A DNA stretch of 54,672 nucleotides, the filler included, from Basidioascus undulatus (taxonomy: Eukaryota): assembly GCA_000826855.1 (NCBI GenBank). It is 3 parts of 3 records of this genome, joined end to end, with 100 filler letters (N's around TTAATTAATTAA, not from the genome) between each part and the next. Parts side by side here need not be neighbours in the genome. Positions count along the whole stretch, not along the records: positions 36,550 to 54,672 come from JTLS01000483.1; 2 more parts are not named here. One strand, written 5' to 3'. Of the stretch, positions 48,808 through 54,672 are shown piece by piece. Every line of letters begins with the position of its first letter. Within the stretch, counting starts at the first letter, position 1. The position numbers were made by a program, and so were the translations under genes. Below the pieces are notes generated by a model. The model did not search any database. It was not told where the DNA came from and saw only the letters and a program-made list of their open reading frames with translations.

Positions 48808-51800
48808 CTATACCGAAAAGACGAAAGCAGGATGCCTGCTCCCCAAGCGCGCAATCTCCGCTTGGGACTGGGAGAAAGCCAAATCAGCCGCATGCAGCCG
48901 AACATGGGCTAGGACAGACGTACCTTCCCCTGGATCCGGTGATCCCGCTTCCCAGCCGCCCGCAGGCGGTTTTCGCGGCTGTTGTAAAACCATGCTAGGC
49001 AGACGAGCGCGAAGAGCCTGAGAGGCAGAAGCGGGGGTGAGTATGCTGGGATTGGATCAGCGGGTAAACGGAAGAGGGTCGACGGACACGCAGGTCGAGA
49101 CGAGGTTGAGGCGGTTGCCTGTTCGTAACGAAGATGGGAAGAGGAGAAAACAGTGTACTGGATGTCAGCTATGGGAGGATGCTGAGTCTCAATCTGCTAG
49201 AGACTGACCGATAGGGTAGTTCGGCGCTGGAGCGGGAAAATAAGTATTGTCAGTAAACCTCCTCGTACGGACCTGTTCTCAAGTGCCTCACCGTCCGACG
49301 GAAGGTATGACCAAGTCGCAGCGACAGCGCCGATGCTCGACAGACCGACGACCCTGCCCTTGCACTATTAGCGCTAACTTGCACTGCCATCCCTCGTTTC
49401 CTCAACGTACATAGCAACCGCCGTAGCCCGGCTCGTATCAGGTGCGACGTTGTTCCCGATCCAAGCCATGAGCTGCGGGCCATCAGACCTATCAGTCCTC
49501 CTCCACCTTTCAACTCGCTCGGATCACAAGCTCGCTCACGGTAGGCACGACGGTGAACACCCCCCCGGCAGCAAAGAACGCGGCAGCGTAGCGCGCGCGC
49601 GGGTTGTTGGTGCCTACGAAAATGGCGTACCTGTTTGATTTGGGACGTGTCAATGTGAGGAGGGAAAGGAGGAGAGGGGAGAGGAGGGAGGGAGGACGCA
49701 CCCGATTATTGAGACGGGTACGGAGACCATCAGGACTGCTGCGCGGCGGTTGAGCTTGTCGCATGCGTACGCGTGCGCGAGGGACCAGACGAAGGAGAAG
49801 CCTTTGCGTGCGAGGTACGAGGTAAGCGATCACTGCCGGAAGTGCGCGAGGAGAAGACGCACAAAACGGCGCGGCGGACTTGAGCTGCACCTGGACCATG
49901 GCTGTGACGGTTCGCGCGCTCGTGAGATGTTTGGACGGAATGGAGGAACTGGGAAGGGAGTACTCGCTGATGGGTCCAGTCCGCGCACGATGGCTGTTCC
50001 CCGGTGCCGCATGAGTACTGTAACAGCGGTCTAGAGCAAAATAGTAGAAAACGAAGCTCTCACTGGGCATGAACAGACTCAGACCCTGCACCGAGATCTG
50101 CGCGCAGATCGCTGCCTGCGCGCCCACACAGAGCTCAGCCGCGGTCTTCCAGCCTCCTACTCCTCAGCATCAGGCAACTCACGACGACGAATATGCACAC
50201 CTGCTCCGTTGCCTCATGAGCGTCGGCCCGTGTGGGGAAGAGAGAGAGACAGATAAAACGCACATTGATGCTCCCCACCCCCCTCCCCACAAGCCCCCAG
50301 TCTGTCCGCTCAACCATCTTCTTCCCCCCCGCAGGCGAAGCGACCGTCTCGCAGCGGACGCGGGCGATGGCGAGGGCTTTTCTCCCCGAACGTCAGTTAG
50401 ATGAATGGGGAAGCGGGGAAGATGTGGAGGTAGAAGCTAAAAAAAAAAAAAAGGACGCACTCCGCTCTTCGGGCGTGAGGAACCCCGCGTGGGCCGGCTC
50501 AGAGGGGAGGATGGGGCGGAGGAAGAGGAGCGTGATGAGCCCGCAGCCGGTCGTGATTATCCCTTCTACCAACTACGCTTCGCCATCCATCTTCCGCCCA
50601 TTAGCTTGCAACTTCCAAGGAGAAAAGGAAGAAGAGGAGCAAGAGGAGAAGACGCACGAAGATGTTCCTCCACGACTTGACGCTCCCGACGGACCCGACG
50701 TGCAGGATCCCCGAGGCGATGAGCGAGCCGAACGCGGCGGCGAGGGACGAGGCGGAGACGAATATCCCGACGCGGAGGACGAGCTCGCTTCGCCTGTCTA
50801 TTCGCACCATCGCACCAGCCACATCCCATTTTTCAGCGTCTCGTTCTAGCAAGGTTCGCTGGCGCAGGCGCACAGAAGCGGGCGAGGTAATGGGTAACGC
50901 CTTCAGGAGGAGGGTGAGCAAGAGAGGAGAGGGGAGGGGAAGGAGGAAAGACGGACCGGGCATGACTCCACCCTCCGTGAGGCCCAGCATGAGCCGGACG
51001 GCGATGAGCCCGCCATAGGACTGTATGAAGGCTGTACAGAGGGTTACGAGGCCGAAGCTTTCGGATCACGATACGCAAAGGTTGAGGGGAGGGAGCGCGT
51101 CAGCAGAAGAGGGGTGGGGGGAGGAAGGACGCCGGGACGCACCCAGTGAGGAGCAGCGCAAGCCACAGATGCGGCCCGATCGTCGCGGATTTGAGCGCGA
51201 GATTGGAGGGGACTTCGACGAGAGTGTAGGACTGTGCTCCACCCCCCACCAGTCAACTCAACACATTCCGGAAGCATGAGCCTGCGTGAGCGGGAAGACA
51301 CACGACGAAGAAAAGGGTGAGGGCGACTGCGTGGATGGTGGAGTTGTCAGACAGGGAAACGGAAGGGCGGAAAACAGAGGGACAGACTGTTGTATTCGTA
51401 CCCGTGCAGACCTAGGTCTTCTTCCAGGCCTGCTACGCGAGCGTTTCTGTCGGTGGGAGGCGAGTCATTTATGTGCTCGGGGGGCAAAGGAAGACGCTCG
51501 CTTCGCGTACCCGATGTTTGACCCTTCGTTTTCGTTCAAAATGTCAGCTGGAATAAGGAGGTGGTACTAGTGTGAGGGGGTGCGTACGGTCCAAGAAACA
51601 GAGACCTTGCATGATCTATCCCCAGCCACCCAACCTCGCTTCAGCATCCCAGAAAGAAGAGAAATGCGCCGCCTGCCTCAGCTCAACGCACGAACGCAAA
51701 TGTCACGAGCCTGATGTCCAACTGTCCCGCAAAAATCAGCTATTTTTCCAGACCAAGAACGGAAAGAAGAAGTGTCCACTCACCTTCCTCACGAGCGCCC

Positions 51801-51927
51801 GCTCCGCCTTCTTATTGCCCAAGAGCGGGTGGGTGCTCGGGTCCCCCCCCGTATCAACCGAGTCTTTCGACGCCGCCGCTTCCTCGAGCGTGGCCGAGAG
51901 GACCGAGGGCCTGCGGAGTGTCGTCAT
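48808..51927 (-). CDS. MFS anion:cation symporter family permease (TNA1/DAL5-like)
   Basis: AERALVRK, LLGLTEGGVMPG, YLARF-RRSELVLRVGIF, SWRNIF-VEGIIT, FLTPEER, VQGLSLFMP, RARYAAAFF, LGSRHPAFVF. Confidence 0.85.
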
Positions 51928-52243
51928 TCTTCCTTGAGGTGGTGGCTGTCTGATGAAAAGAAGGAGAAGGAGTGGGACGGAGGCAACGGGGCAAGGAAGA
52001 GGGGGAAAGATTCCCACGCACGCGGGAAGACCGATCAGGGCAGGGCAAGAAGGCGGAGGCGAGGCTTTGACTTCTTGCTGCCGTCATCATCAACGTCGCG
52101 CTCGTCGGGCGGTATAGCGAGCACGAACTTGTCGGCGACGAGCTCGAGTATTGTATACGTTGTTCCAGGACGAGCACGGTCATCTTGGCAGGAATTCTAT
52201 TCTCTCCATTCTCGCTTCCTCCCGCACCCCCTTCCCGCCCGCC

Positions 52244-53647
52244 ATGTCCGCCCAAGTGCCCACATCCACCACCGCCAAATACGGGCAGCTTGTCAACGGC
52301 CCTCCAGCCTCAGGCAAGACGACCTACTGCTCGGGGCTCAACCAAGTGCGCCCTGTGCACCATACCCTCATCCCCACCTCCCCACTCACCCTTCCTCCCC
52401 CGACAGTTCCTCACCGCCCTCGCCCGCCCGCACACCCTCGTGAATCTCGACCCCGCCGCCGAGCCGCCGCCGTACCCCGCGTCCATCGACATTCGGGACC
52501 TGATCACCGTCAAAGACGTGATGGACGAGTACTCGCTCGGGCCAAACGGCGCGATGCTCTACTGCTTCGAGTACCTCGACGCCAACTTCGACTGGCTCGA
52601 GGACCGCCTACGCGCGCTCCGGCCCGACGAGCAGGGCTACGTCGTGTTCGACTTGCCGGGGCAGGTGGAGCTCAGCACGGGCCATCGCGCGCTTGCGAAC
52701 GTGCTAGGCAAGCTGGGGAAGTTGGGGTATCGGGTGAGTCGGGCGGCTGCCTGGTGGGTTGTATGGCATGGGTAGGAGAGCTGAGCAACCCCCCTCCGTC
52801 CTGCGTTCGGGACAGTGAATAGCTCTGCGCGGTGCATTTGACGGACGCGCATGCGATTGCCGACCCGTCAAAGTATATCTCGGCACTCCTCCTCTCCCTC
52901 CGCACGATGCTCGCCCTCGAGCTCCCGCACATCAACGTCCTCTCCAAGATCGATCTCCTCAACACGTATGGGGAGCTGCGTGGGTCTCTCTTCCCTGCTC
53001 TATCTCCCCTTCTTACTCCTCTCCCTCTCCACGCCCTATTCGCTCTGCGTTCCGGCTAACATGGCACCCCCCCCCGCGCGTGCAGCGTTCAACCTCGACT
53101 TCTACACCCAAGTCCAGGACCTGCACCACCTCTCCGATCACCTCTCGTCGGATCCCCGCCTCGCGCGCTTCGGCAAGCTCAACGAGGCGGTGTGCGAGCT
53201 GGTTGAAGACTTTGGGCTCGTGTCGTTCGAGACGCTTGCTGTTGAAGTGCGTCTTGCACCTCCACGTCTCCTCTTCTCAAGCTCTTTTTTCCTTTGCATT
53301 TCGCTCTTCTCTAATTCGCCCTGACATCCAACCAGGACAAGCAATCGATGTACCGTCTCCTATCCGCAATCGACCGCGCCCTAGGCTACGTCTTCCTCCC
53401 TCCCCCTACCCCCGGCTCCTCCGCGCCGCCATCGGCAATGGACCTGTTCTCAACCGCCATGGGCGCGCTCCCCGAGTGGGCGGGCGGGGACGTGCAGGAG
53501 CGGTGGGTCGATGCGAGGGAGGAGTGGGACGCGTGGGAGCGCGAAAGGTGGAAGGAGGAGGGGGAGGAGGTGGAGAGGAGACGGGTCACGGAGCAGGGAG
53601 GGAGGTGGAGGGGGAGCGCCCCGGCTGGAGAGGGGGAGCGCACATGA
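52244..53647 (+). CDS. GPN2: GPN-loop GTPase 2
   Basis: GQLVNGPPASGKTTYC, VNLDPA, LGPNGAMLYCFEYL, FDLPGQVELSTGH, ELPHINVLSKIDLL, NLDFYTQVQDL, IDRALGYVF. Confidence 0.93.
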
Positions 53648-53971
53648 AGTGAGGTTGTTGTGAGAGGAAAGAGCGTGTGTGTGTTTGTCTGTGTGTGTGT
53701 GTGGTGTCTGTCGTTTGCCATGTGAAAGCGAGGCAAAACTTGGCAGTATTATATGCTTCTTGTATTCATAATTTTATTCGGAAGGCTTAGAATAAAAATG
53801 CTCCGCGAGAAGGCTGCACTTGGACTCGTAGGCAGTAGACCGGAAGACGCGCTCGAGATCGACGATCGCCCGCGGGCCGACTTGCACCTGAACACAACGC
53901 TCACCACCGCCTGCCTCTCGCCTCCCCCGCTCTCCCTCCCTCCCTTTCCCACCCGCACACAAACCACCTCA

Positions 53972-54672
53972 ATGGTACCCCTCTCCTCCGTCCCATTATA
54001 TCCCCCCACCGTATCTCATTCCCTGGCCCGCTGACCCGCAGATGCCTTGGCTCATCCTCGGCGCGCTCGGCGGCCTCCTCGGCAGCTGGCTCATCAAGCT
54101 CAACATCCTCTTTGCGCGCACGCGCGCGCGCTCGGCGTTCCTCAGCGAGAACAAGATCCTCGAGGTCGCCGTCGTCGCGGGCCTCACGGCCGTGCTCAGC
54201 TATCTGGTGCTCTTCATGCGGTACGCTATGCACACACTGCTCGGGACCTCCGCTTGCCGAGCCAAACAAACGCTGATGTCCGTCGGGCCCGAAACAGCGT
54301 CCAGTCGTCCGATCTCGTTGCGGCGCTGTTTCAAGAGTGCTCAGCGGATAGCTCGTCAGATGTGACAGACGCCCTGTGCGAGTGCGTCTTTGCTTTTCCC
54401 CAGCGCCCCCGAACAGCTTGCTCAACCCCGCCGTGGTTTCCCCACAGCCCGAACCGCCGGCTGGCTAACATCTTCCTCCTCCTGCTCTCCGCCCTTTTCA
54501 AGACGGTCCTGACAGCATACACATTTGGCATCTCCGTCCCCGCCGGCGTTTTCCTCCCCGGCCTCACAATCGGTTCGCTGCGCTCTCCCCACCCTTCCTG
54601 CGCCTACCTCCCTTCCCTCGCTTATTCCGAACATGACAGGCGCCTGCCTCGGCCGTGCGCTCGGCCTCCTCC
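53972..54672 (+). CDS. CLC chloride channel/transporter (GEF1-like), C-terminal half only, runs off the window
   Basis: PWLILGALGGLLGSWLIKLN, EVAVVAGLTAVLSY, LFQEC, KTVLTAYTFGISVPAGVFLPGLTIG-ACLGRALG; N-terminal CLC motifs (GSGIPE, GKEGP) not present upstream. Confidence 0.85.

Noticed and set aside
53675..53703. Imperfect (TG)n microsatellite in the GPN2 3' region
   Set aside because: Ordinary simple repeat

Overview
GC-rich, intron-dense eukaryotic DNA from a fungus, most likely a basidiomycete (many short introns, often with GTGCGT/GTGCGC donors and CTGAC/CTAAC branch sites). The window joins three contigs through two artificial 100-bp N/TTAATTAATTAA/N spacers. Recognisable genes are biotin-protein ligase (BPL1), an STL1-like sugar porter, a DUF3605 protein, a bHLH factor, a DDP1/Aps1-type Nudix hydrolase, CWH43, TPS1, a GH28 exopolygalacturonase, a kinase-like protein, a secreted periplasmic-binding-protein-like gene, two further MFS transporters, an ATP14-like gene, GPN2 and a CLC channel lacking its N-terminal half. 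Several F-box-like and MYND-finger accessory genes carry apparent frameshifts. The standout feature is a circularly permuted tRNA-Thr(CGU) gene on the minus strand at 45775-45858: the 3' half precedes the 5' half, the break is at the canonical 37/38 intron site, and there is a 12-nt spacer, a pairing leader/trailer and a Pol III terminator. Multi-exon gene boundaries were read by eye and are approximate.
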